The notes below the pieces were generated by a model that was not told the origin of the DNA, made no database searches, and saw nothing but the letters and a program-made list of their open reading frames with translations. This document shows positions 26,936-36,223 of a stretch of 64,000 nucleotides of DNA, piece after piece. Every line of letters starts with the position of its first letter. Positions within the stretch are counted from its first letter, which is position 1. The translations under genes and the position numbers were made by a program. Source of the DNA: an uncultured Eubacteriales bacterium (GTDB lineage: Bacteria > Bacillota > Clostridia > Oscillospirales > CAG-272); assembly GCA_934486825.1 (NCBI GenBank), contig CAKSQF010000002.1, positions 1,298-65,297 of the forward strand, in the 5' to 3' direction.

Positions 26936-27889
26936 ATGTATTTTGACATAGATGATATGTCTGTTGAATCCGGAATGAGTGCAACGCCGCTATGCGTCGT
27001 TGCACTCGGTAATTTTGACGGGGTTCATATTGCGCACAGGAGACTGCTTGAGGAAACCGAAGACCTTGCCGAAAAGCTCTCGTCAAAGCTCGGCAAAGAA
27101 GTCGTTTCCGCAGTCTTTACCTTCAGGGGACTCAAGCCCGCCGTCGGATGTATAACCGATTTTGAGCGGAAGCTGTCGCTTATTGAAGCTTGCGGGATCG
27201 ACAGATGCTATTTTGCCGATTTTGAAAAGGTCAGGGATATGACCCCTGCGGAATTTGTGAGCGATGTTCTGCTGTCGCGGCTTCATGCTGTCGGAGCGGT
27301 CTGCGGATTCAATTTCAGATTCGGAAGAAATGCCGCGGGAGATGCTTCTGTGCTCCGTGACGAATTGCTTCGTCACGGAATATCCGAGCTGGCGGTTCTG
27401 CCTCCCGTGATTTATAACGGCATAAAGGTGTCGTCAACAGCGGTAAGAAAAGCGGTTGCGGACGGAAATACCGAGCTTGCGACCGCACTTCTCGGAAGAC
27501 CTTATGCTATATGCGGAAATATCGTGCACGGCAGAGCGGTCGGACGTACAATGTCCTGCCCGACACTTAATCTTATGCTTGACAGAGAAAACGTCGCACC
27601 GAGGTTCGGAGTGTATTTTGCCCGTTGTCTATGGGGCGGAAAAATGCTTCCGTCGATAGTAAATGTCGGAGTCAGACCTACGTTTGATGGCGAATACGGG
27701 GAAAGTCTGCCGCTTTGCGAGATACATCTGCTCGGAAATGTTGATGCGTTTCCGGAGGTCGGCGATAAGGTTTCGGTGCTTTTTGATAAGTTCTGCCGCC
27801 CGGAAATCAGATTTTCATCTGTGGATATGCTTTATCGCAGGATTGCGGACGATATTGAGTCTGCCGAAAATTTTTATCGGAACAGGTAA
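26936..27889 (+). CDS. ribF: Bifunctional riboflavin kinase / FAD synthetase
   Basis: ALGNFDGVHIAHRRLL in the N-terminal FMN adenylyltransferase part. The riboflavin kinase part shows GRTMSCPTLNL...GVYFA...NVGVRPTF. The start was taken at the ATG at 26936. Confidence 0.85.
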   Translation: MYFDIDDMSVESGMSATPLCVVALGNFDGVHIAHRRLLEETEDLAEKLSSKLGKEVVSAVFTFRGLKPAVGCITDFERKLSLIEACGIDRCYFADFEKVRDMTPAEFVSDVLLSRLHAVGAVCGFNFRFGRNAAGDASVLRDELLRHGISELAVLPPVIYNGIKVSSTAVRKAVADGNTELATALLGRPYAICGNIVHGRAVGRTMSCPTLNLMLDRENVAPRFGVYFARCLWGGKMLPSIVNVGVRPTFDGEYGESLPLCEIHLLGNVDAFPEVGDKVSVLFDKFCRPEIRFSSVDMLYRRIADDIESAENFYRNR

Positions 27890-27902
27890 AGGATGTGCGG
27901 CT

Positions 27903-29258
27903 GTGAAAAAAAACATGTGTCTTGATAAACCGAAAAGGAATTGCGTTGCGGTTTCGACGTGCGTTTTGCTGACGGTGTGTGCTCTTCTGTCTCTGCTTGC
28001 TCCTTTTTCGTATGCCGCTCCTTCGACCGAGCCGGAGGAGACCGAGCAGATGCTTGACCCGGTTACCGACGGCGCCGATATTGTGCTTCTTTACTGTCCC
28101 GAATCGGAGATGTTTCTGTTCGATAAAAACGGGGACAAGAGTGTTCACCCTTATGCGGTCGCAAAGCTCGTTGCTCTGCTTGCAGCCGATTCGCTTGTCT
28201 CCGACTGGAACGACACATTCACGGTCGAAAAGAGTATGCTTTCGCAGTTCTCCAATTCATACGGACTTAAAGAAGGCGACATTGTAAGTTATTTTGACCT
28301 CGCCGTGCTGACTCTTTTCAGAGGGCTTGACGATGCGACAACCGTGCTTGCGAGAAAGCTTGCCGGAAGTGACAGCCTGTTTGTCGAAAAAATGAATGAG
28401 ACGGCGGAAAAGCTCGGCGCACAGTCAACGAAATTTCTGAATCCGACCGGAAGAGGAGATAAGGGAACAACAAATGCGCGTGACTGCGCGCTGATAGCTG
28501 CCGAATTCTGTAAACGTGAACGGCTTACCGCAATCTCGGGCGAGGGAATGATATCATGCGCGTCTCTCGGAAACAAAAAGATATATAACAGGAATTTCTA
28601 TCTGAGCAGCTATTATAATGCCACCGGTAAGAGCTATATAAGGAGTAATGTGACAGGTCTTGTCGCCGGCAGTGTCCTTGATCCCGAAATGCTGCTTGCC
28701 TCAGCGGAAACAGGCGGATATACCTATATATCGGTCGTTATGAAGGCAAAGAAAGCAGAGACCTTCTCGTATACCTATGAGATAACCAATAAGCTCCTGA
28801 AGGATCACGCAGGGACTTTTTCATACGTCAATGTCCTCACCGAGAATGATCCGGTGTGCGAAATACCGGTGAGAATGGGAGACGGACACGACAGCGTGAT
28901 ACTCTCGCCGGACAGGAACTTCGGCTTCTATGTGATGAAAAATTCGGATATAAAATCCGAATTTTCGTATGAGTACACGCTCTCTTCCGATTATCTGGAG
29001 GCTCCGATAAATATGGGAACCGCAGTCGGTCAGCTTGTGCTTTACAGAAACGGAGAAGAAGTCGGCAGAGCGGATCTCGTTACAAGAGCCAACATTGCAA
29101 AGAGTATGAGCGATTATTATGTTGAAGAAGCCAAAAAGGTACTTACCGACCGTTTTGTGCTGCGCGTCATGGTTGCGGTTGCGGTCGTTGCCGTTGCATA
29201 TGTGCTGATTGTGGCAATAATCAAGGGACAAAAGAAGAAAAAACGCAGGGAAGAATGA
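27903..29258 (+). CDS. D-alanyl-D-alanine carboxypeptidase (PBP5/DacF, S11) homologue with degenerate active-site motifs
   Basis: Signal peptide, an S11-like core (..EKMNETAEKLGAQSTKFLNPTG..), a PBP5 C-terminal-like domain and a C-terminal TM helix with a KKKKRREE tail. SxxK reads AVAK, SxN reads GLD, and KTG reads VTG. GTG start at 27903 after AAAGGA (alternative ATG at 27915). Confidence 0.65.
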   Translation: MKKNMCLDKPKRNCVAVSTCVLLTVCALLSLLAPFSYAAPSTEPEETEQMLDPVTDGADIVLLYCPESEMFLFDKNGDKSVHPYAVAKLVALLAADSLVSDWNDTFTVEKSMLSQFSNSYGLKEGDIVSYFDLAVLTLFRGLDDATTVLARKLAGSDSLFVEKMNETAEKLGAQSTKFLNPTGRGDKGTTNARDCALIAAEFCKRERLTAISGEGMISCASLGNKKIYNRNFYLSSYYNATGKSYIRSNVTGLVAGSVLDPEMLLASAETGGYTYISVVMKAKKAETFSYTYEITNKLLKDHAGTFSYVNVLTENDPVCEIPVRMGDGHDSVILSPDRNFGFYVMKNSDIKSEFSYEYTLSSDYLEAPINMGTAVGQLVLYRNGEEVGRADLVTRANIAKSMSDYYVEEAKKVLTDRFVLRVMVAVAVVAVAYVLIVAIIKGQKKKKRREE

Positions 29259-29297
29259 TTCTGCCTGTCATAAAAAAGATAATACCGTATAAAATTT

Positions 29298-29327
29298 AAG
29301 GAGCGATTTCGCTCCTTGATTTTTTTC
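29298..29327 (+). terminator. Terminator after the PBP5-like gene, immediately upstream of mntP
   Basis: AAGGAGC-gatttc-GCTCCTT followed by GATTTTTTT. Confidence 0.7.
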
Positions 29328-29339
29328 GGAGATCTGATA

Positions 29340-29918
29340 ATGGGAATGTATTTTACACTTTTTTCGGTTGCACTCGGACTTGCGGCAGATGCGTTTGCCG
29401 TTTCGCTCTGTATAGGACTTGAGATCGGAAGGGTAAAAATAAAGGATATGATCGTTACCGGACTGTGGTTCGGAGGCTTTCAGGCACTTATGCCGACGGT
29501 CGGGTATCTGCTCGGGAATTATATGTTCAGCCTGATAAATGCGGTCGATCACTGGATCGCTTTTGCGCTGCTTTCACTGATCGGAATAAATATGATACGT
29601 GAAGGCAGACCGGCAAGGTCTGCCGTATGCGTGGATAAGGGAGCCGGATGTCCCGGCTTTTGCAGAATGTTTGTTATGGCAGTCGCCACTTCGGTCGATG
29701 CTCTCGCGGTAGGGATAACTCTACCGACCGCTGTCGGCAGCGGACTTTTGCTGTCGGTTTCGGTTATAGGATTTACCGCCTTTCTGCTGTCCGCAGCAGG
29801 GGTGCGCCTCGGGGCAAAGCTCGGTGTTTCACTGCGGACAGGGGCACAGACTGCCGGCGGCGTGATCCTTATCGCCATAGCCGTAAAAATCCTTGTCGGA
29901 CATCTTATGAACGGATGA
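29340..29918 (+). CDS. mntP: Manganese efflux pump MntP
   Basis: LGLAADAFAVSLCIG...GLWFGGFQALMPTVGYLLG and the second repeat AVATSVDALAVGITL; 6 TM helices. Confidence 0.8.
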   Translation: MGMYFTLFSVALGLAADAFAVSLCIGLEIGRVKIKDMIVTGLWFGGFQALMPTVGYLLGNYMFSLINAVDHWIAFALLSLIGINMIREGRPARSAVCVDKGAGCPGFCRMFVMAVATSVDALAVGITLPTAVGSGLLLSVSVIGFTAFLLSAAGVRLGAKLGVSLRTGAQTAGGVILIAIAVKILVGHLMNG

Positions 29919-30023
29919 TGCATAACTGCGTTAAGGAAAAAAATACCTGTTGATTTTTTTCGGGATAAATAGTAAAATTTACAGACAACAATCGATCGGT
30001 CGATTGAAAACAGGAGGTAAAAA

Positions 30024-31919
30024 ATGAACAAAAAGATTTTGACTGTCATCTTGGCGGTCGTGATCTGTATCGGTCTTTTCGCATTTTCGGTATCGGCAAA
30101 CGAAAATGTACCCGAAGGGATATGGACAGACTACGCGGCAAAAGACTTCGGAGGCGGAAGCGGAACAAAGGACGATCCGTACCTGCTTGCTACTGCGGAG
30201 CAGATAGCAAAGCTTGCGGCGGATATCAATTCCGGCGTATATGATCGTGATCATTCGAATGAGTACTTCAAGCTCACCGATAATATCGATCTTTCGGCAC
30301 ATCGCTGGATACCGATAGGAAGCGGAACGGCTACAACGTCCATGCATGCGTTCAGAGGATATTTTGACGGCGACGGACATACTGTCTCCGGAATGTAAGT
30401 TGACGAAAGCGATAATAAGTTCTCTGCCGGATTTTTCGGAAATGTTTCGGGCAGGGTGATAAAGAATCTTACGATAAAAGACGCATACGTTAAAAGTGCC
30501 GATACCGAGGCGGGTTATGACGGTGCGGGCATACTTATCGGCAATGCAGCCCAAGGATACGGAATTGAAATTTCAGTTGAAAACTGCCATGTGTCGGGTA
30601 AAGTTGAAGGAAATATTTCCTGCGGCGGACTTGTCGGTAAAAACAGCTACGGCGTTTATAAAAACTGTTCCTCGGATGTCGAAATAAACAGTGATTATTT
30701 TGCGGGCGGCTTTGTCGGAAATGATTTTATAGGAGATCACGACTCTTGTACTTCTTCCGGTACAGTCAACGGATATTACTGCGTCGGCGGTTATGCCGGA
30801 CAGTTTTTCTGTGAGTCAAAGGCGAATAAATGCCTGTCGGATGCCGAAGTTAACGGCAGAGACTGGCATGTCGGCGGATTCGCCGGATATGTCGGTTACA
30901 GTGAAGACGATTTTGGTCCCTGTGAGATAACAAACTGTGTTGCACTCGGCGATGTCAATAATACGCTCAGAAAAGGAGTTCTCTCCAAAACAGGCGGTTT
31001 TGCGGGAACAAACGCGGAATGCATAATAAAGAACTCCCATGCTGCGGGCAAGATCACGGTTCAGGATCCGGATAATAATCCCGCAGGCGGTTTTGTCGGA
31101 TACGATACAAACGGAAATGTAAGCGACTGCTCGTTTGACTCGGAAAAGAACGCAGGCATCGGAGCCATAGGTGATTCGAATGTTGAGGGCGATAACAAGA
31201 TCGCAGCGGCAGATACGCGCACGGTTCTCGCAAATATATGCGTTGACTATTACGGCGGACATCAGCCCGATGAAAAGCTTACCGTCGACAGAGAGGCAAC
31301 CTGCACCGAGCCGGGAGAAACGTCCCACCACTGCAAGCGCTGCGACGCGCCGGGAGAAGAGAAGACTGCAATTGACCCCGACGGTCATGAACTTGAAAAG
31401 GTTGAAGAAAAGCCCGCGACCTGTACCGAGCCCGGGTATAATGAGTACTGGAAGTGCAAGAAGTGTGAAAAGCTGTTCTCGGATGAGAATGCGGAGCATA
31501 TGATCGAAACTCCCGAGGCAATAGACGTAAAGGGACATAAAATAGTTCCGGTGGGCGAGGTTCCCGCGACCTGTACCGAAAACGGTAAAAAGGCACACTA
31601 TAAGTGTACCGAATGTAACGCGATCTTCGCCGACGAAAACGGACAGAATGAGATCGAAGACGAGAACCTCCTTCTGACGGATAAGAAAGCTCACGATTAC
31701 AAGTGGATTATTGACGCAGAGCCGACTACCGAAAAAGAAGGCTCAAAGCACGAGGAATGTTCCGTCTGCCACGATAAGAAGGCATCGGTTTCGATTCCCA
31801 AGATAACCGAACCGCCGAAAACAGGCGTCAGCACGGTCATGGTGATAACCGCAGTCTTTGCCGTTGTCTCCCTTGCGGCAGCATATATATGCCTGAACAA
31901 AAAGAGAGCACGCGGATAA
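30024..31919 (+). pseudogene. GLUG-motif cell-surface protein with a (S/P)PXTG sorting signal, interrupted by one in-frame TAA (30396-30398)
   Basis: ORFs 30024-30398 and 30456-31919 share a frame. The junction reads FDGDGHTVSGM*VDESDNKFSAGFFGNVSGRVIKNLTI, inside a GLUG-type unit. It has an N-terminal signal peptide and a C-terminal PPKTG + hydrophobic + KKRARG sorting signal. Confidence 0.7.
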
Positions 31920-31940
31920 TACATCCATTGATTTTACATA

Positions 31941-31975
31941 AAAAAGCCGAACCCCGACCGGGGTTCGGCTTTTTC
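31941..31975. terminator. Bidirectional terminator
   Basis: GCCGAACCCC/GGGGTTCGGC stem flanked by AAAAA and TTTTT. Confidence 0.8.
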
Positions 31976-31976
31976 G

Positions 31977-33362
31977 TCAGGATTGTGCTGCTTTGCAAAA
32001 GTCGAATATTTGTTTTATCTGCCGCCCGACAGAGTCATATCCGGTTCCGCCTGCGGAGATGCGCCTTGCTACACAGTTTTCAAGAGCAATCGCCGTATAA
32101 ACCTCTTCATCAATAACCGGACTCAGCGATCTGTAAAGTCCGATCGGCAGACTGTCAAGCGTATTTCCGGTGTTGATGCAGAGAGCTATCGCCTGACCGG
32201 AAATTCTGTAAGCATCGCGGAAGGGTATGCCCTTGCCGACAAGATAGTCGGCAAGATCGGTCGCATTTATAAAGCCTTCTTTGCATGCGTCAAGCATGCT
32301 CCCGGAGACCGGTCGTATCGAAGCTATCATCGGCGCAAATACATCGAGACATCCGATGACTGTGTCAAAGGCGTCGAATACAGTCTCCTTGTCCTCCTGA
32401 AGGTCTTTGTTGTAAGCGAGAGGAAGTCCCTTCATCACGGTGAGCATGGCGATAAGATCCCCGTATACCCTGCCGACCTTACCCCTGACAAGCTCGGCAA
32501 TGTCGGGGTTTTTCTTTTGCGGCATTATGCTTGATCCGGTGGTGAACGAATCGTCGATTTCAATAAAGTGAAATTCGGCTGTTGACCATAATACGATTTC
32601 CTCGGAAAATCTTGACAGATGCATCATGACGACAGAAATGGCTGAAATGATCTCTATACAGAAATCCCTGTCGGATACGCCGTCAATACTGTTTTCGGTG
32701 ATGCCGTCAAAGCCGAGTGCTGAAGCCGTGGAGTATCTGTCGGTATTATAAGTGGTTCCCGCAAGGGCACATGAGCCGAGCGGCGACAGATTCATTCTCT
32801 TTATCGCATCCTCAATTCGCGAAACATCCCTCAAAAGCATGTAACAGTATGCAAGCAGCTGATGCGCAAACAGTATCGGCTGTGCTCTTTGCAGATGTGT
32901 GTAGCCGGGCATTATAAGCGTTTTGTTTTCGGATGCCTTCTTTGCCGTTTCGTATATCAGTGCTCTGATGCGATCTGTAAGGATATGACTTTCGTCCCTG
33001 ATCCATAAGCGCAGATCGGTTGCAACCTGGTCGTTGCGGCTTCGGGCGGTGTGTAATTTCTTTCCGACATCGCCTATTCGCTTTGTCAGTTCGTTTTCAA
33101 TGAATGTGTGTATGTCCTCGGCAGAGCTGTTTATCTCAAGCTTTCCGCTGTCGATCTCATCAAGAATGTCCGACAGACTGTCTGTTATTTTTTCTTTTTC
33201 GTCGGAGGAGATTATTCCGACCGAAGCGAGCATCGAAACGTGGGCGATCGAGCCTTTTATGTCCTGACGGTACATTCTGCCGTCAACCGTAATCGATGAG
33301 TTGAAATCGTTTGCTTTTTTGTCAAGCGCTTTGTGAAATACACCTGTCCAGAGCTTTTCCAT
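31977..33362 (-). CDS. argH: Argininosuccinate lyase
   Basis: MEKLWTGVF..., SRNDQVATDLRLW and GSSIMPQKKNPD. The start was placed at the ATG at 33362 (the tracked ORF starts at 33383). Confidence 0.9.
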   Translation of the reverse strand: MEKLWTGVFHKALDKKANDFNSSITVDGRMYRQDIKGSIAHVSMLASVGIISSDEKEKITDSLSDILDEIDSGKLEINSSAEDIHTFIENELTKRIGDVGKKLHTARSRNDQVATDLRLWIRDESHILTDRIRALIYETAKKASENKTLIMPGYTHLQRAQPILFAHQLLAYCYMLLRDVSRIEDAIKRMNLSPLGSCALAGTTYNTDRYSTASALGFDGITENSIDGVSDRDFCIEIISAISVVMMHLSRFSEEIVLWSTAEFHFIEIDDSFTTGSSIMPQKKNPDIAELVRGKVGRVYGDLIAMLTVMKGLPLAYNKDLQEDKETVFDAFDTVIGCLDVFAPMIASIRPVSGSMLDACKEGFINATDLADYLVGKGIPFRDAYRISGQAIALCINTGNTLDSLPIGLYRSLSPVIDEEVYTAIALENCVARRISAGGTGYDSVGRQIKQIFDFCKAAQS

Positions 33363-33369
33363 ACCGAAC

Positions 33370-34599
33370 TCAGTCCTTTTCATTCATGGCTTTTACTTTT
33401 GCATTTACCGAAATCGGAAGTCCCCACAGATTTATGAATCCGGCGGCATCCTTCTGGTCATATACGTTGTCCTCACCGAAGGTGGCAATCTCTTCCGAGT
33501 AGAGCGACCACTTGCTCCATGCACCGGCTTTGATTATGTTGCCTTTGTAGAGTTTTAATTTTACCTTGCCGGTGACATGCTCCTGCGTCTTTTGGACAAA
33601 TGCTGATAATGCCTCGCGCAGGGGAGTGTACCACTGACCGTTGTAAAGAAGCTCCGCAAAGGTGATCGCAAGCTCCTGCTTTTTGTGCATCGTCATTTTG
33701 TCAAGGCAGAGCGTTTCAAGATAATTGTGGGCAAAGTAGAGTATCTCTCCGCCGGGAGTTTCGTAAACGCCGCGGCACTTCATACCGACAAGCCTGTTTT
33801 CGACTATGTCAAGAAGTCCGATGCCGTTTTCACCGCCGATCTTGTTGAGCTTCAGAATTATATCCTTCGCCGACATTGCATTTCCGTTCAATGATACAGG
33901 GACACCCTCTTCAAAACCGAGCTCAATGTATACGGGCTTGTCGGGCGCCGAAATCGGGGAAACGCCCATTTCGAGAAAGCCTTCCTTTTCGTACAACGGC
34001 TCGTTTCCGACATCTTCAAGATCCAGTCCCTCGTGCGAAAGATGCCACAGATTTTTGTCCTTGGAGTAATTTGTTTCCTTGCTTATTTTAAGCGGGACGT
34101 TGTGCGCCTCAGCGTATTCTATCTCTTCTTCACGCGATTTTATGTTCCATTCCCTCCACGGAGCAATTATCTTCATGTCGGGAGCAAATGCCTTTATCGC
34201 AAGCTCAAAACGTACCTGATCGTTGCCCTTGCCGGTGCAGCCGTGACATATTGCGTCGGCTCCTTCGGCAATAGCTATTTCGACAAGTCTTTTTGCGATT
34301 ATCGGACGCGCGAGCGCGGTGCCGAGCAGATATTCCTCGTATTTTGCTCCCGCCTGCATGGTCGGAACGATCATCTCGTTTACAAATTCGTCGGTAAGAT
34401 CTTCAACGTAAAGCTTTGAAGCGCCGGTGGCAAGTGCTTTTTCCTCAAGACCGCAAAGCTCGTCCGCCTGTCCGACGTTTCCGGATACCGCAATTATCTC
34501 GGGATCGTCGTAGTTCTCCTTCAGCCATGGAATGATTATCGATGTGTCAAGTCCGCCGGAGTATGCAAGTACTATTTTTTTTATTTTGCCGTTATTCAT
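33370..34599 (-). CDS. argG: Argininosuccinate synthase
   Basis: [29 protein letters not shown] and the C-terminal part. The start is at the ATG at 34599 after AGAGGTG. Confidence 0.9.
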   Translation of the reverse strand: MNNGKIKKIVLAYSGGLDTSIIIPWLKENYDDPEIIAVSGNVGQADELCGLEEKALATGASKLYVEDLTDEFVNEMIVPTMQAGAKYEEYLLGTALARPIIAKRLVEIAIAEGADAICHGCTGKGNDQVRFELAIKAFAPDMKIIAPWREWNIKSREEEIEYAEAHNVPLKISKETNYSKDKNLWHLSHEGLDLEDVGNEPLYEKEGFLEMGVSPISAPDKPVYIELGFEEGVPVSLNGNAMSAKDIILKLNKIGGENGIGLLDIVENRLVGMKCRGVYETPGGEILYFAHNYLETLCLDKMTMHKKQELAITFAELLYNGQWYTPLREALSAFVQKTQEHVTGKVKLKLYKGNIIKAGAWSKWSLYSEEIATFGEDNVYDQKDAAGFINLWGLPISVNAKVKAMNEKD

Positions 34600-34616
34600 C
34601 GTGGCACCTCTTTTTT

Positions 34617-34661
34617 TGAATTTATATGCACCGATTATATCATAAAATGAATAAATATGCA
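34617..34661. promoter_or_regulatory. Two ARG boxes (ArgR/AhrC operator) over the argG promoter
   Basis: TGAATTTATATGCA (34617-34630) and TGAATAAATATGCA (34648-34661), 31 bp apart. Both are close to the TGAAT-N4-ATTCA-type ARG box. One overlaps the -35/spacer and the other sits just downstream of the -10. Confidence 0.6.
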
Positions 34662-34662
34662 A
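34634..34662 (-). promoter_or_regulatory. Sigma-A-type promoter of argGH
   Basis: The minus strand has TTGCAT-17 nt-TATAAT. Confidence 0.6.
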
Positions 34663-34746
34663 TATTTTTTGCAAAAATATAAATATTTATTTAAACGAAA
34701 AAACGGAAGCGTCCACGTCTTTCTTTGGATGAAATGCATAAAGCAC

Positions 34747-34775
34747 TTGATTTCGCCGGACGTGTGTGTTATAAT
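34747..34775 (+). promoter_or_regulatory. Sigma-A-type promoter (extended -10) of the apbE operon
   Basis: TTGATT-17 nt-(TGt)TATAAT, 20 nt before the ATG at 34795. Confidence 0.6.
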
Positions 34776-34794
34776 TCGGAAAAAGGAGTACGAC

Positions 34795-35835
34795 ATGAAG
34801 ATAAAACTAATCGGGATAACAGCGGCACTGGCATTGATGCTGTCCTTGTGCGCATGCGGTAATAATCGGGACGGAATTTATATGCGCACCTACGTCGGCT
34901 GCTTTGATACCGCATCATTTATAAAAGGGTATGCCGAAAACGAGCGGAAATTCGAAGAATATGCGGCGCTGTTCCATGAAAGATTAAAATATTACGACGC
35001 GCTGTACGATATTTATGACGAATATGATTTTCCGAATCTTAAGACCGTCAATGATAAGGCAGGCGGTGATCCCGTCGAAGTGTCGCAGGATATTGTTGAC
35101 ATGCTCGATTTTTCGGTGCGCATGTATGAGCTTACCGCACATAAAACCAATATCGCAATGGGAGCGGTTCTTGAAATATGGTATGACTGCAGGGAAGATG
35201 GTAATAAAAACCCGCAGGAAGCGATACTTCCGACAGACAGCGAGCTTGCCGATGCCGCAATGCATACCGATATAAGCCGTCTGGAAGTCGATCGGGAAAA
35301 TCTGTCGGTGCGGCTTGCCGACAGTCGGATGCGGCTTGACGTCGGTGCCGTTGCAAAGGGCTTTTCCGCACAGAAGGTGGCTGAAGAGCTGAGGGCTGCG
35401 GGGTTTGCAAACGGGATAATAAGCATAGGCGGGAATACTGTCGCAATCGGCAGCCGAAAGGATACCGATGTATGGAGAATAGGTATACGGGAGCCGTCGT
35501 CGGACTCGGATGAAGAATATTTCATAAAGGTCGGATTGTCGGATATGTCGCTTGTGACAAGCGGCTCTTATCAGCGTTTTTATACGGTGAACGGAAAAAA
35601 GTATCACCATATCATTGACCCGGGAACGCTTATGCCTGCCGAAGGATATCTCTCGGTTTCGGTAATATCAGCCGATTCGGGCATTGCCGACGCATTGTCA
35701 ACCGCGCTTTTCTGTATGGATATAAACGAAGGACTGCGGCTTGTCGAAAACCTTGATAACGTGTATGCCGTGTGGGTAAAGTCGGACGGGACAGTTGTAA
35801 AAAGCAAAGGATTCGACAATTTTGTTGTCGGATAA
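34795..35835 (+). CDS. apbE: FAD:protein FMN transferase (ApbE family) lipoprotein
   Basis: Lipobox LSLCAC, then LDVGAVAKGF, ISIGGN and SGSYQRF....KYHHIIDPGT. Confidence 0.8.
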   Translation: MKIKLIGITAALALMLSLCACGNNRDGIYMRTYVGCFDTASFIKGYAENERKFEEYAALFHERLKYYDALYDIYDEYDFPNLKTVNDKAGGDPVEVSQDIVDMLDFSVRMYELTAHKTNIAMGAVLEIWYDCREDGNKNPQEAILPTDSELADAAMHTDISRLEVDRENLSVRLADSRMRLDVGAVAKGFSAQKVAEELRAAGFANGIISIGGNTVAIGSRKDTDVWRIGIREPSSDSDEEYFIKVGLSDMSLVTSGSYQRFYTVNGKKYHHIIDPGTLMPAEGYLSVSVISADSGIADALSTALFCMDINEGLRLVENLDNVYAVWVKSDGTVVKSKGFDNFVVG

Positions 35836-35863
35836 TCGTAAGGATAAGAGGGGGAGAACGGTA

Positions 35864-36214
35864 GTGAAGAATGTGTTTTTCGGCAAAAGAGATGCCGTAC
35901 TGCTTTTGTCGGTATCGGTTGCCGCACTCCTGCTTTTTCTGATCTTTTTACTGATTCCGAAAGACGGAAAATATGCGGTTGTCAGGTCGGACGGTGAAAT
36001 TGCGGCAAAACTGCCGCTCAATGAAAATACAACCTATACGGTAAAAAACAGCCGCGGATATAATGTTATAACCGTAAAAGACGGAAGAGTTTCTGTAACC
36101 GATGCGTCATGCCCGGATGGTATCTGCCGAATGACAGGCTGGATATCCGGGTCTGATGACCTGTCGGTCATAGTGTGCGCTCCGAACGGAATTACGGTCA
36201 GTATTGAGGAATAA
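35864..36214 (+). CDS. NusG domain II-containing membrane-anchored protein
   Basis: TM anchor, then GKYAVVRSDGEIAAKLPL....YNVITVKDGRVSVTDASCPDGICRMTGWIS......VCAPNGITVSIE. GTG start after GGGGGAGA. Confidence 0.7.
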   Translation: MKNVFFGKRDAVLLLSVSVAALLLFLIFLLIPKDGKYAVVRSDGEIAAKLPLNENTTYTVKNSRGYNVITVKDGRVSVTDASCPDGICRMTGWISGSDDLSVIVCAPNGITVSIEE

Positions 36215-36223
36215 ATAAAAGTT

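Noticed and set aside
30396-30398. TAA reassignment or programmed read-through as an explanation for the in-frame stop
   Set aside because: TAA is used as an ordinary terminator elsewhere in the window (for example the CarD gene at 415-417). I see no downstream recoding signal. A nonsense mutation or sequencing error is the simpler explanation.
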